From Nageia nagi (Eukaryota; Plantae; Pinophyta): a stretch of 64,000 nucleotides of DNA. The stretch lies in contig JBITNC010000002.1 of NCBI GenBank assembly GCA_050084985.1, positions 26,970,001-27,034,000 on the forward strand. The letters are read 5' to 3'. Below are positions 13,179 to 25,311 of this stretch, one piece after another (the stretch's first letter is position 1; the number at the start of each line of letters is the position of its first letter). The position numbers were made by a program, and so were the translations under genes. Below the pieces are notes generated by a model. It ran no database searches. It saw only the letters and a list, made by a program, of their open reading frames with translations, and was not told where the DNA came from.

Positions 13179-15016
13179 CTGAAATTAAAGAAAAATCTTC
13201 ATTAAGAAATAATGTATCAAGCCCCTCATTATAAAAAGCAATTTTTACAAAATATGCATAGTCAGCCAGATAAAAAATACAAGAAACAGTATAATATTCC
13301 GGATATAGATTAACAAATACTCTGTGATGCATGAATTTTTTAAACCTACAGAATATTCTGTAGACAAATCATACTAGATACAACTAGAAAGCAGATAACA
13401 GAAGCATAATAACTTTTTTTCTGCAGCATACAGCAGTATGAAAACAGCTGCAGAAGAAACTTAAGTCATAATATAATAAAAGCTAGTTACTGAAATAGTC
13501 CCAAATGAGTATAAGAATACAAGTTCTAAGTGAAATGATGCTCGGTGATGTTTCATAAGTAATTGACAATCTATGTAAGCAGATACTAACAAGGGTGTTG
13601 ACTAACTTATCAGTGTTCAGAGAATCTTGGCCACAGATTGCAAACTTGTGTACAAAGAAATAAAAAATATCCTGCAATCAAAGTGGCTTTAGGATGTCTA
13701 CATAAGATTGAAGAAATACATTTTCACCGAGTAAAATGAAGGTGACTAGTGAAGCTTCTAGCTATGAACACAATCCATTACATGAAAATGCTACATCCTG
13801 TTAAGACTCAGTTTAATGTAGTCAAAGAGGAGCAATAGATGTGAAAATTTCACGAAGCCATGTGTTGCATTTCTCATTGAGACTTGAGAGTAGACTGGTT
13901 TGTATTTAATCACGAGTTTCTTTGTTCCAAAATCTAATTTTAATATTTACCATCTCTGATGAAAAATGAAATTTTAGTGTATAAAGACTGGCAAACCACT
14001 AAGCCTAATCATATACTAACAGTATAGTTTTTAAGAGCACATTCTCTCCAAACATGTGGTCAAGCTGTTAGGTATTATCATTGTAAAGTTCCAAGTTGTA
14101 ATAATAATACCTGATTCACTGCAACTTTTTTTAAAAATTCATAGCCAAAATAAATTAACAATAAAAGTGTTCCCGACTCATGAAAGCATTTATAGAATTA
14201 AGTTCATGTGAATAAAGTTTTCTTTTATGTTGCAAACAACATGTAGATTTGAATTGATCCACGTAATGAAATGCAACTTCAAATAAAATGCCAAGACATT
14301 ACATACACTCATTTGGTGTTTGAAAGTCTTCGCAACTGATACAAATTTAATTATCAGTTTAGATTTCAAAAAAAGAATGAAAACCTAGACCCGAATAAAG
14401 TTCACACAGATCCAGATTAGATAGGTAAAACAACAACTGCTTCATGAATTGGAATCTCCATCTACTTACATGGAGGGCCAACTTGAGGAATCTAAAAAGC
14501 CATCACATCTGCTGAAACTGATGCTAGACATTGAGCACCTAATAAATCCAGATTATACTGAATCCTAATCCAACTAACTCAAATTAAACATCTAGTAGAG
14601 TCTTATTCAATGTTAAGTCCAAGGTCTTTTTGTGCATCCAAGGCTTTATCTCTCTCTCTTTGTTCAATTTTATTTTTGATTAAATGCGCTAAACAATCTT
14701 GTTTTCACAAGTAGAGACACTCCGTACTCTATATTTTACAGTGAGGTCAGATGCTCTTTATTGACTAGTTCCAATGATTACTTTTCCTGCAGATGTGTAA
14801 TGTTTTCCATTTTGCTATATTAAGAAGCATGGTAGAGAAATACACAAAGCCATACCTTATCACTTTCCTGACGCACTCCATAGTGCCAATATTCTGAAGT
14901 CCTTCCATTTTAGTTAACTAATAAAACATTGTGATACCCTTATCACTTTTCTGAAGGTAAAGTCTGATAACTTGAAAATGCAGGGTTGTTCTTGTCTGCA
15001 TAATCTGAATGACCAA

Positions 15017-15222
15017 TTTTGGATTTAACAAGCCAAACATTACATTGCATCCTTTTGTACTCCTCAATACTTTCAAACCTGATTTTGGATTTAACAAGCC
15101 AAACATTACATTGCATCCTTTTGTACCTCCTCAATACTTTCAAACCTGATTTTGGATTTAACAAGCCAAACATTACATTGCATCCTTTTGTACCTCCTCA
15201 ATACTTTCAAACCTGATTTTGA
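15017..15222. repeat. 66-67-bp tandem repeat, 3 near-identical copies, in TBL intron 2
   Basis: Unit TTTTGGATTTAACAAGCCAAAC..CAAACCTGA; GGATTT starts at 15021, 15087 and 15154. Confidence 0.95.
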
Positions 15223-15622
15223 TTCAAGCACATTTTCCTTTTGATTCCTGCTTCTGATCAAAAACATTTTCGTTCAATATTGCTTTTTAATTATTTTGAA
15301 ATATCCATTGAATTTGAACAAACTATTGATTGGGCTAGCTCTCTCCAACACTATTCAACAACTTAACAAGTTTCAGTAATCTTGCCTACACGATCATAGA
15401 GAACATTATCTCCAAGCTGTGCATTGCTGCTGCATTGTGATAAGCCACAGACAAGAGAGAACATTGTCATTTTAAACCAAGAGAAAGAACCTTTTCTCAC
15501 CAACTCTCTCTAGTCCTGATCATCTAGGAATTTTAGGCCCTTGTCATTTGGTGGCAAGTTCTAAAAGTTCAAAATCAGTTCAGGAATACTGGATGGAAAA
15601 TGACAAAAAGTCGAAGTAAAAT

Positions 15623-15966
15623 TACAAAATTTGACTTATATGTTTGAAATAAATCCAGGGTATATCATCACAAACATTGAAAAAAATCTTACTGACTTTT
15701 ACTATCACTTCGCCAGTGAAGCACTTGGCTTTCGTCTCACAACATTTAACTGTTGAAAATGGAATTAAGAGAAGAGTTAATTTTAGCAGACTACAAAATC
15801 ACAAAATTTGACTTATTTGTTCAGAATCTAGGGTATATTTTCACAAACATCAAAAACAATCTTATTGAGTTTTACTGTAGTTTCCCTAGTGAAGCACTTG
15901 GCTTTTGTCTCTCAACATTTCACTGTTGAAAGTGGAATTAAGAGAAGAGTTAATTTTATCAGACTA
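15623..15966. repeat. ~175-bp diverged tandem duplication in TBL intron 2
   Basis: CAAAATTTGACTTAT..AGTGAAGCACTTGGCTTT..GGAATTAAGAGAAGAGTTAATTTTA occurs twice. Confidence 0.85.
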
Positions 15967-16791
15967 GAAAAGAGAGGATGTGTTATCTTCCATTCACTCT
16001 TTGCTTTGCTCAGGGTTTTGGAATGGAGGCTTCATGTCCTTTTCTTGATATCAAGAAAGAAGAATGAAATAAATGAAGAAATGCAAAATAGATATTCTGG
16101 TGTATTCCTGCCATGGAATAGAGCAGTACAAATGGCTTTTAAGGTAAAATAAACGCCCAGTAGTGATTCACCCCATGACAACAAACAATTACAAAAAATA
16201 TGTGTAAAGGAGGAGCTCCAATATATTTACGTATATACTATATATACATGTCTATTGACGTATATATACATGTCCTCTGTGTGTGTAGTGAAAGAGTCCT
16301 CTCTCTGTGTGGAAGAGAGAGAGAGACAAACTCATCAAAGCATTAGAAAGACATGCCACAATTCTTTCCATTTAAAAACAAAATTAGCAATAGCATTTTT
16401 GAACAAGCTGACCAAGGGATAGTTTAGGGTTTATTACAGAGGAAACCAAATTAGACTTTCTTCACAACGACCAGTATACTTTCTAGTATATCAAAAAATA
16501 AGCAGTGTCCTTTTAAAGGCCAAGTTGAGTTTAACCTGAAGAAAAATGCACCTGTAAATATTTCAACAAAGTGACAGTTATTATTTTGGCACACATTTTA
16601 ATAACAATTGGAATTTATTCACAAAGGTTTCATGAAAGTAGATGTAAAAGTATAAGAGTTATTTAGTACTTGTTTTTGCTTATCAGACAACACTCAATGG
16701 TGTAAAGAAAGTAATAACTTCAAAGTACAATCTTCAATATTTTACCCTGTAAACAAGAAAGGTGTGGGGCAGGAATTAGTGCTTGTCGAAC

Positions 16792-17072
16792 CTGGGATAG
16801 AAGGCATACGAGGGACTGCATATGGTTGCGCCCAATGGAATCTCCAATAAAGGCTAGAACTTTTCCCCGCATAAAATTAAGGAATGCGGTTGCATTGAAG
16901 CGTGGAAGTTCACAACCATCAGGTTTCCATCTCCAGTGTAGATAACCAGTATCTGGGCGCCCATGTTTCATGCAGTTCTGATGGTCTTGAATAGCTCGAC
17001 AAGTCTTATTTGTATAGAAAGGTCCTGAAGGATCTGGGATCCAATGTCCAGTAGAGAGATCACATTCACCAC
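16792..17072 (-). CDS. TBL: TBL-family O-acetyltransferase, exon 2 (Cys-rich TBL domain and GDS motif)
   Basis: Reads ECDLSTGHWIPDPSGPFYTNKTCRAIQDHQNCMKHGRPDTGYLHWRWKPDGCELPRF..AFIGDSIGRNHMQSLVCLLSQ. AG acceptor (phase 1) and GT donor (phase 0) match the flanking exons. Confidence 0.96.
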
Positions 17073-19389
17073 CTGCAACAACAAAAGATCCAAAAACAGG
17101 TAAGACAAGGTAAAATCTAATTAGGGATGGTGGATTGTAACACTAACACTTATGTTTCTTTTTCTATTTTTTCCATTTACTTATTCTATCAGGAAGTTTG
17201 AGATCCACATTCTTTCATGTATGCATATTGGAAAGTTAATTAGTGGCAGTAAAACAGTCGCATACAATTCCAATGCAAAATAACGGCCTTAATTTAAAGA
17301 TGCTACCTGAATTCACTAGTGCAATTGCATTAGTATAGCGATATATGATATGCATTGCAAAAACAATTTCAGTAAATAATTAAATGTTAGATTAAATTCT
17401 TCACAAGTTCCGAACCAGCACTCAAACAGTGTGAATGGCTGAAGGTTATGAAGGAGGCAAAAATAATGCTTCAGAACCCTGGCCAAATCCTGACCAGAAG
17501 GAGCCTCCATGAAGTCACCAGAGAGATATTGTTCGTGAAAACATGCTCTCTAGAATCTATGTACTCCTTGATTGATCTGTTTAAGGCCATAGATCAGCAC
17601 CACCAGATTGTGCTAAGCAGCAGAACAAGGCATGTTTCTATCTAGCTCGTGTTTGCAAGGTAATGTGGTTCATGAACCAATGCATTCTCAATATTTCTGC
17701 CAAGTTGTGTACTAATGCTCATCTACGGAATTGTTTATTAAGAAATAGGGAATGAACATGAAGCAGAGGCGGCAGCTGTCATGGAGTATGGAAAGACCAG
17801 TGTGGACTCTGATGCTAACAACTATCTCATGCCCTGCCATTGCCTGTAAGTTGATGATTTGGGTCTGCTGCATTTTCCTATTTCATTTACCAAAAGGGAA
17901 AAAGATCTTCACGAATTTGCAGTTAACAGACTATTAGTAGCCTATATAGTGACTGTGAGACATATTAAATGGTATAGAGCATTAGCAACATCACCTGGCT
18001 GCACCAACATAAAAATTCAAAAGTACTATTGAGGTTTAAGGGTATATCAGAGTCATCATGGTGGCCATATTAATTATTTCAGTTTTCCACAGATGGCCAC
18101 ATATTATGAAGTGAATTCAGATTATGGATGTAAACAGAAAACTCACAGATAAGTTTTATGAAGCCTATAAGAAAAAATTCAAAAGCAAGATTAGAAAGTA
18201 TATTCACCATAAAAGTGTTCATATCGTAATTGTTTACTACAAATAATTGGGAAAAAATATCCCAAGGTAACAATTACATAATATCATCAGTTTTTGCATC
18301 TTAATGTTTATCTAATAATTATTCTTGATAAATTAGGATATACATTGTGAACCAAAACTGTTTCCTGATCTAAAACATTGAAAATAATAACATAGACAAA
18401 ATTTGCATCTACTCCGGATTTGATTAAGCTTTAACAAGGGAATGATGTTTATTCCTTACATTGAGAGACTTGACATCATGAGTACACTAATTGCATTAGG
18501 GGTGAATATAGAATTCAACAATTCATCTCATATGGTTTCTATAATTTTCAAATGAAAATCAAACACTTGGAATCAGATACAGATTGGACATAGTATTTAC
18601 TATTTTATAAATAGAGGGATTATTTTCTGACCAACGCCACAAAATGTAAATGCACTTTTTCAACGCGTCCTGGAAAGTGAAAAGTAATTTAAAGTACAAA
18701 AGCATCAGGAATCATACTTCCATAAACATGAAATAGTCCCTAGCACCAGATTTCAATATACTTATCTGCCACCAACCTTTTCCTCCATTAATCTTATGAT
18801 CTGTGAGTTTTTAGGCTTCTCATTTATAAGCCATTTTAAAGTACAACTTTGGACTAAATTAACGCAATTCAGACAAGAAACAGAAGTTGTAGAGCCAGAG
18901 TTACATCTCAGATGCAATGGGATCCAGGAAGTGGTCTTGTTTATTGCAATTTTACTGAAGACTTATCTTAATGTCAGATCTAGGTTTTTAAATTTTAATA
19001 TGATTAAATGGGAATATTCATGTCATAAAGTAAAAAGAGTATAAGCTATCCAAATATTAACCTAAGAGAAAGTGAGGATAAGTTGTCCAAATATTAACAT
19101 ACCAGAAAGTGAGAATCCCTGGTTTAATCCCAAACTTCCATTTATAACTAGAGTCTTTGTAAAATTAATAACAAAATGAACCCAGCTCAGAGCAGGTATT
19201 CAAGCCACATTGCATAAGCTTAATAAATTTTTCTGTAGTATATCTTAGCACAACTAGATGTGAGGTACTAAAATTTTAACATTACAAGTAAGGGGCATCT
19301 ACATCTTAATAAAAGAGAAAATAAGTATCAATGCAATTTTATTGGGAGGTTGGAGTGCTAAGGACTGGTCTTACATAAAGTAATTCCAC

Positions 19390-19990
19390 TGTGATTTATG
19401 TTAACACAACCAGATGTTAGGTATCAGATTATCGACATTACTAACTCTGTACATCCCCATCTTAATGAAAGCAGAATCTGGATATCCATATCTTAACAAA
19501 ATACGGAAATTCATAATTTAACACAACAAAATGTGGGTATCCACATTTTAACATTGCAGAACGCCGGATTCCATAATTTAACATAACATAATGGGTTTCA
19601 ATGGTTTAATATAAGAGGATGTGGGTATCCATAATTTAATATAACAGAATGTGGGTATTCATAGTTTAACATAATACATTGTTGGAATCCATAATGCAAC
19701 AAAGCAGGATATGCATCCATAATTTAACATCACAGAATGGACATCCAACATTTAACATCTGAAGATGTGGGTATTCAACAGCGCAGGGTATGGGCATCCA
19801 TAATTCAACATTGGAAAATATGGCCATCCATAATCTAACATTACAAAATATGAATATCCATAAGTTCACATAACAAGACAATGGTATCCATAATTCAATA
19901 CACCATGATGTTTATATCTACATATTTCATTTAATAGGATCTAGACGTCATATCTCAACATACACTGAAGCTGGGTACCCACATTCAAGA
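19390..19990. repeat. Degenerate ~30-bp minisatellite in TBL intron 1
   Basis: Recurrent ATGTGGGTATCCATAATTTAACATAACAGA-like units, roughly 18-20 copies. Confidence 0.8.
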
Positions 19991-20160
19991 TATCAGGCCT
20001 AATTACCCACTGTGATACATATACTAATTCACAAAACTAAACTAACCCTTGTATAAAAGGACAGACAATAACCAAACCAAGAAAGTACCTAAGATCCATA
20101 ATGAGCAAGCATTCCATGTACTCAAAATACCAAAAAAAATCAATTGAACCAGGAACTCAC

Positions 20161-20506
20161 CTATAGTATTAAAAGAATTGTTTTCCTCCGTAGTTGTCCC
20201 CACGTTGGACAAACTCCCGTTCTGCTGCCCAGGGTAACCGAAGGATACGGGAGGAGGATTGGATCTGAAGTTCTGAACATTAACTGCAGAGGATTCATCA
20301 TCTGCTTGATATGGAGTTTGAGAATGCCTAAAATGTGAAGTCACAAGAAAAAAGGGAATGAGAGCTGCCATAAACCATATGAAAAAATGTCGCCTTTGGA
20401 AAAAAAATGCACTCCAATCACCTCCCTGTCCCTGTGGGTGTGACACATTTCCCTTATGAGAATACCCATTTCCATCGTTGGAAGTGTTGTGGTAAAGAGG
20501 CTTCAT
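20161..20506 (-). CDS. TBL: TBL-family O-acetyltransferase, exon 1 (cytosolic N-terminus, transmembrane anchor, stem)
   Basis: ATG at 20506, hydrophobic segment FFIWFMAALIPFFLV, strong phase-1 donor AG|GTGAGT at 20161/20160. Spliced CDS is 346+281+780 = 1407 nt, i.e. 468 aa. Confidence 0.88.
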
Positions 20507-20943
20507 GGCATAGAAAGGGGAGCAATGAGTGAATGGTATTAGTGTATCAGGCAAAGAGACGTGATGGATGGGTATCGTTTATGTATTAATTGTTGATGTT
20601 ATGCCAGGAAGCAAGCATTGAAGGTGGGTATGTTTGGCATCTTGTCTCAATCTGATTTTCGTGATTAGGTGTACTGTAAGGATGATGTGAATCTGAATGG
20701 CTGCCCTCCACCATAATCTGGTAGCCAGTCAATTGATGTGAGTCGTCCACATAAAGAATTCACAAGGTCAGGCACACGAAAGATTCTTAACTGGCAGGGA
20801 TCGGGAAAAACATCGCTTTCATGGGAATTTATTGGAATCTATGTTTAGATAGTTTTGAACATAGAAGTATGGGCAATATTAGTTAGCTATGCTTCCAAGG
20901 AGAATGAATGCCATAAAAATTAATCATGTTTGAAAGGAGGATA

Positions 20944-21041
20944 GAAAGAAAGTTTATTAATGTTCATGGGAGATCAAGGGTGATTTATGGGATAATTGTA
21001 TGGGGAGTATAATGTATGATATGGTTGGTTGGAATTGAACA
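20944..21041. repeat. 98-bp dispersed repeat upstream of TBL; second copy at 45470-45567
   Basis: GAAAGAAAGTTTATTAATGT..TTTATGGGA.AATTGTATG.GGAGTA.AAT..GGTTGGAATTGAACA is present at both loci. Confidence 0.8.
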
Positions 21042-21082
21042 GGGGATTCAAGACACAACAAAGTTCAAATTAATGTAGTATG

Positions 21083-21238
21083 CTAGTTTGTTCTTGTAGG
21101 TTTATATTTTAGAAGTTAATTTTTTTATTTTGAATATTTATATTTTCTTTTCTAACTTTTCTAGTTTGTTCTTGTAGGTTTATATTTTAGAAGTTAATTT
21201 TTTTATTTTGAATATTTATATTTTCTTTTCTAACTTTT
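21083..21238. repeat. 78-bp perfect tandem duplication
   Basis: CTAGTTTGTTCTTGTAGG..CTAACTTTT starts at 21083 and 21161. Confidence 0.9.
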
Positions 21239-21631
21239 CTAACATAAGTTAATACGCCATTTCATGTTATATAAAATAGAATAGTAAATAATATTAATAA
21301 TAATAAATAGTAAATGAAAAGGTTGAAGTTTGATTATATATGATTTTTTAAAAGATTTTATTGATATTTTTAGAAGAAGGTTTATTAGGAGAAATGTTCT
21401 ACATTAAAAGTTGATGAAGGCAAAGATTCAAATATCTTGAAATAAATATTAAAAAAAATCATCAACTTCAAAAAATGTTAAATAATAAATAAAATTGATG
21501 AATTTATAATTTTTTAAATAACTATTAAATACATAATAATATATGAATTTATATAAACTCAAACAATAGTATAAAATAATGGTGAATTATTACAAATTTA
21601 TCATGAATAAAAAATTTCAATGATAGTGATC

Positions 21632-23026
21632 TGTAAACCCTACTTCAGGATTTATTTTGGATCTCACACTTTATTCATTTTAGTGTTTATAGAAATAAAA
21701 ATTCACACCAAATAAAAACACACAAAATGATGTAAACACATAGTTACCTTAGCTCGATCGATGTGATCTACATTCAACAAATTGCAATCCATTATTGTAG
21801 GTACCTTTTTTACAATGTCGTTTGAACGATCCTTTCGTTACTGAATCCCTTTCTTGGAAGATGACTCTCTTTTCAATGAAAGTCCTTTAACATAGTTCCA
21901 TGTCTCTTGTCCTAGGTCGACATCTTTTGAATTACTCTTTGTCTCCTTCTTTCCATCATGGCAATGATCTCATCCATGCTTATTTTTCTTCTTCATCATG
22001 GCGATGATGTTGTCCTTTGTTTTTCTTCACTTTCTATGGCTATGATCTCATCCATGGTCTTCTTATTTTCCACAGACATATTTTTACCAACATAGTGTAA
22101 CTCCCATACACACTTGGGAGTTTTTCACACACATTTACATATTCTCTACACACTTTCTCTCACTTGGTAGGAAAACCCACTAGATGGGAATTATTTTTTT
22201 CCATTCTCCTTACTACCCTTTTATAATGTTTAAGGGTTTACAAAATAGGAGAATTTGGTTACAAATAATATCTCACCTATTTTGGTATTTTTCCCTCTTC
22301 TAAAATATGCTCTCTCACCCTCTCCATATTCTCCTCCAACAATATTCTCCCTCTTTTACAATTCTCGAAGCATTATTTTGGTCTCATATGGTTATATTCT
22401 CCTCTTTTTTTTTTAATTTTATAAAACTGTCAAAAGTACTTTTGGTGTCATTTTGTCACAACCACAACTTCATTACCATAATTCAAAATGTCACAAAATT
22501 TAATTTAGGTGTTGTTGGATATATGTATCTTAATTGGTCTAAATTTCATGCCTTAACTCCTTTCTGGTAGTTCCCATTATCGTCATCAAGTTGGTCTCCA
22601 ATGTAGATTTGCACCTGATAGCTGTCAAATTTTGACCAAGTCATGAATGTAGAATGAGAATTTACCATTTTGCAATCCCCATAACTTTAAATTTTTTTAT
22701 CCAAATACCTTAAAATTTTAACCATAAGTTCATCGTAATACAAGGTACCAATAATTCAAATTTTAAGATTTGAATTAAGCTGAGCTACTCCTAATGAGTC
22801 CGCAAATAGAGTCTTTTATGCATATTTTACATTTTTTTATATTTAACTTCAAATTTTGAAAAGCCATAACTTATAAACTATATCTCTATTTTCTTCACCA
22901 TTTGAAGCGTTGGAATTATGGAAGAGAGATCTTTAATATGAAAGAGAACAATCAACAAAATTAGAAATTGAAAAGTCACTTTTTTTTATGACTTTGAAAT
23001 CCATTTCAGATTAGATAGAGGTATCA
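21632..23026 (-). mobile_element. Putative solo LTR (gypsy-like)
   Basis: Minus strand begins TGATACC and ends GGGTTTACA, with LTR-like composition. No matching TSD (TGATC vs TGTAG). Confidence 0.4.
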
Positions 23027-23569
23027 TGTAGTTTTGTCAATAATTAATGTATTGATATTAGTTTAAAGAAAATTTATTTTAACATAAATTCATTTTAATT
23101 TCAAAGATAGATGTATCAAGTAGTTCTATTTAGAGTTCATGTATTTACAAAAAATATTTTTAACATAAATTTATTTTTACAAAGAAGTTTCATTTCCAAC
23201 ATCTTAGTGTTGATTTGATTTTTCAGTATTTTTGAGAGAAAATTATGGAGATAAATTAATATCATACATTGAGTATTCTCATATTATGTTTTAATTTTTT
23301 AATATATTTTGTTGAATTATTTTTATATTAATTATTTTAATCAAATTATTATTTTATATTATTAAAGTATTTATAAATTTAAAAGTGTAATTATTTATTG
23401 TTGTCTAACTTATTAGGTTTAAGCTCGAGTTCGAGTTCAAGTTTGATAAATTCTATAAGGTACAAAAATTTTACATTAAATTTGATATAGCAAAAACATG
23501 CTAAAATATTATAATATCAAAATTATATGATGGTCGAAACCAAGAACATTTTGCATGCACGTAATAACC

Positions 23570-23943
23570 TTTGGGGTTCTTGTTTGTTGTTGCATATCGT
23601 ACCATCCCTTAGGGATTTATGTAGGATTTCTTCTATCCTGACATGCCTATACATTTATGCTACTTAGAGCAATGTCTTATCATTTAAGTATGGTCACCTC
23701 TCATAATGGTACTTCATCTATGCATGAAGCTGCTGGAGTGAACAATGGCACCCAGAAAGCACCCTTGTAAATTTTTGTTGAAAGTGGATTAGAAGGTAAT
23801 ATTGTTATCCTTCAAGCTTTCATTGATATTGAAGAATTTCAAAATACTTGTCAATGGTTTGAGTCACACACTTTAGTAGGTTACTTCCTTGGTAGAATCC
23901 CTAATGATACTCTCCTATGCACCTGGGTTAGCTAAGTTTGGAT
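23570..23943 (+). mobile_element. L1-type LINE, 5' part (ORF1 DUF4283-like start), interrupted by copia A
   Basis: CQWFESHTLVGYFLGRIPNDTLLCTWVS*VW continues after the copia as IPYGVKVMKNLTKGFF. The 5' boundary is approximate. Confidence 0.75.
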
Positions 23944-24433
23944 TGTTAGAATTTGTAATGAAATATTGTGAATATCTAAACTCCTTGTAAATTCAATTAA
24001 TCACTTAAAGGATATGTAGATACCTTAAGGGATTAATTGAATTCTTTATTATGTGTGGACTTTGACCTTACCATGGGGTTAGTTGGTAGGTTAAAGTTAG
24101 GTCATACATTTATTGTAACCCTAACCTTACCCTTGGGTTAAAGGGAGGTTAGGGAGGTGCTCTCATGCTATAAATAGAGGGCCTCTCCTCTTGTAAAATA
24201 ACTAAGATTTGGAGTAAGATTACTCTACTAGTTTGTGTAGGAGAGAAAGAGCATTGTAGTAAGAGGTGCATAGATTGAGAATTGAGAACTAGTTGTGGAT
24301 GTACTCCCAAGGAGGGAGGAACCACATTATATTTGTGTTATCTTGTGTGAATGGTGTTATTAGCTTGTAGATGATGAATGATTGAGTTTCTTAGTCTTGG
24401 ACCTTGAGGATTAGTCTAGATCTAATTCCTTCA
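23944..24433 (+). repeat. 5' LTR of copia A
   Basis: About 6 mismatches to the 3' LTR by eye; contains TATAAAT. Confidence 0.95.
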
Positions 24434-24435
24434 AT

Positions 24436-24447
24436 TGGTATCAGAGC
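24436..24447 (+). promoter_or_regulatory. Primer-binding site (initiator tRNA-Met)
   Basis: TGGTATCAGAGC, 2 nt after the 5' LTR. Confidence 0.93.
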
Positions 24448-25141
24448 TTGGTGTGGAAGCTTTTCTTCTACATCTTGAAGGTTGTTCATCCTTCTTCATT
24501 CCTCATCTTACACCCCATTGGTGAGGTAAAACTAAGAGAAGGTATAAATTTCCTCCTCATTTGGTTATCTTATGGATTATTGCATTAGATACTAACATAT
24601 TTTGTAAGATATTAGAGCTTATTTTTTTGCAAAATATGATCAAAATGGCAATGCAAGCATTTTTTTTATACTAACCTCTTATGTTAGTAGCATTTTTTTT
24701 ACAAAATGCTTATTACATGATATACCTTTTAAGAGGATACTATGTAATGCAATTTTTTACTAACATTTTGTTTGTTAGTAACATTGATTAATAACTAATC
24801 CCATTAAAAAAAAAAAGGGGGAGCAAGAGTGGAATGAGAAATAAAGTTTATATTTGAAACCACATATTTGGTATATGGCATAATATATTTTAATTAGGGA
24901 GGGTTTGAATTTTTTGTTTCTCCCTCACAGCCTATTAGAAGCCCTTGTGGGTTGTTGGCTATCGTCATTTCAAACCTCCTTATCTGCCTGTGCGCGCCCA
25001 GACCTCGTGTGATCCACTCTCATGCAAATGGGAAGGAAGATTTGGGTGGTGGCACAGATGTGGTTGCAGCACAACTACACTCCACTTCCCTTTCCACAAC
25101 CTCAGCTAAAATCAATGTGGGTATTAATATATTTTGTGCAG

Positions 25142-25311
25142 GGAATAAAGCCAAAGTTGCCCATTTGCTCAATCTATTGAGAGTCGAAGAGCATTTGAAG
25201 CCTTTCCAGGTAGACCTCTCTGAAGAAGGCAGCTTCGATTCCACCATTGCTGGCTACGAAGGCATCTTCCATGTTGCAACTCCTATGAATTTTGTTGTCA
25301 AACACCTAGAA
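25142..25311 (+). pseudogene. Captured exon of a dihydroflavonol 4-reductase / anthocyanidin reductase-like gene
   Basis: GNKAKVAHLLNLLRVEEHLKPFQVDLSEEGSFDSTIAGYEGIFHVATPMNFVVKHLE matches DFR/ANR exon 2 (..ADL.EEGSFD.AI.GC.GVFHVATPM.F..KDPE). 170 nt, preceded by a phase-1 acceptor TTTTGTGCAG. Confidence 0.88.
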
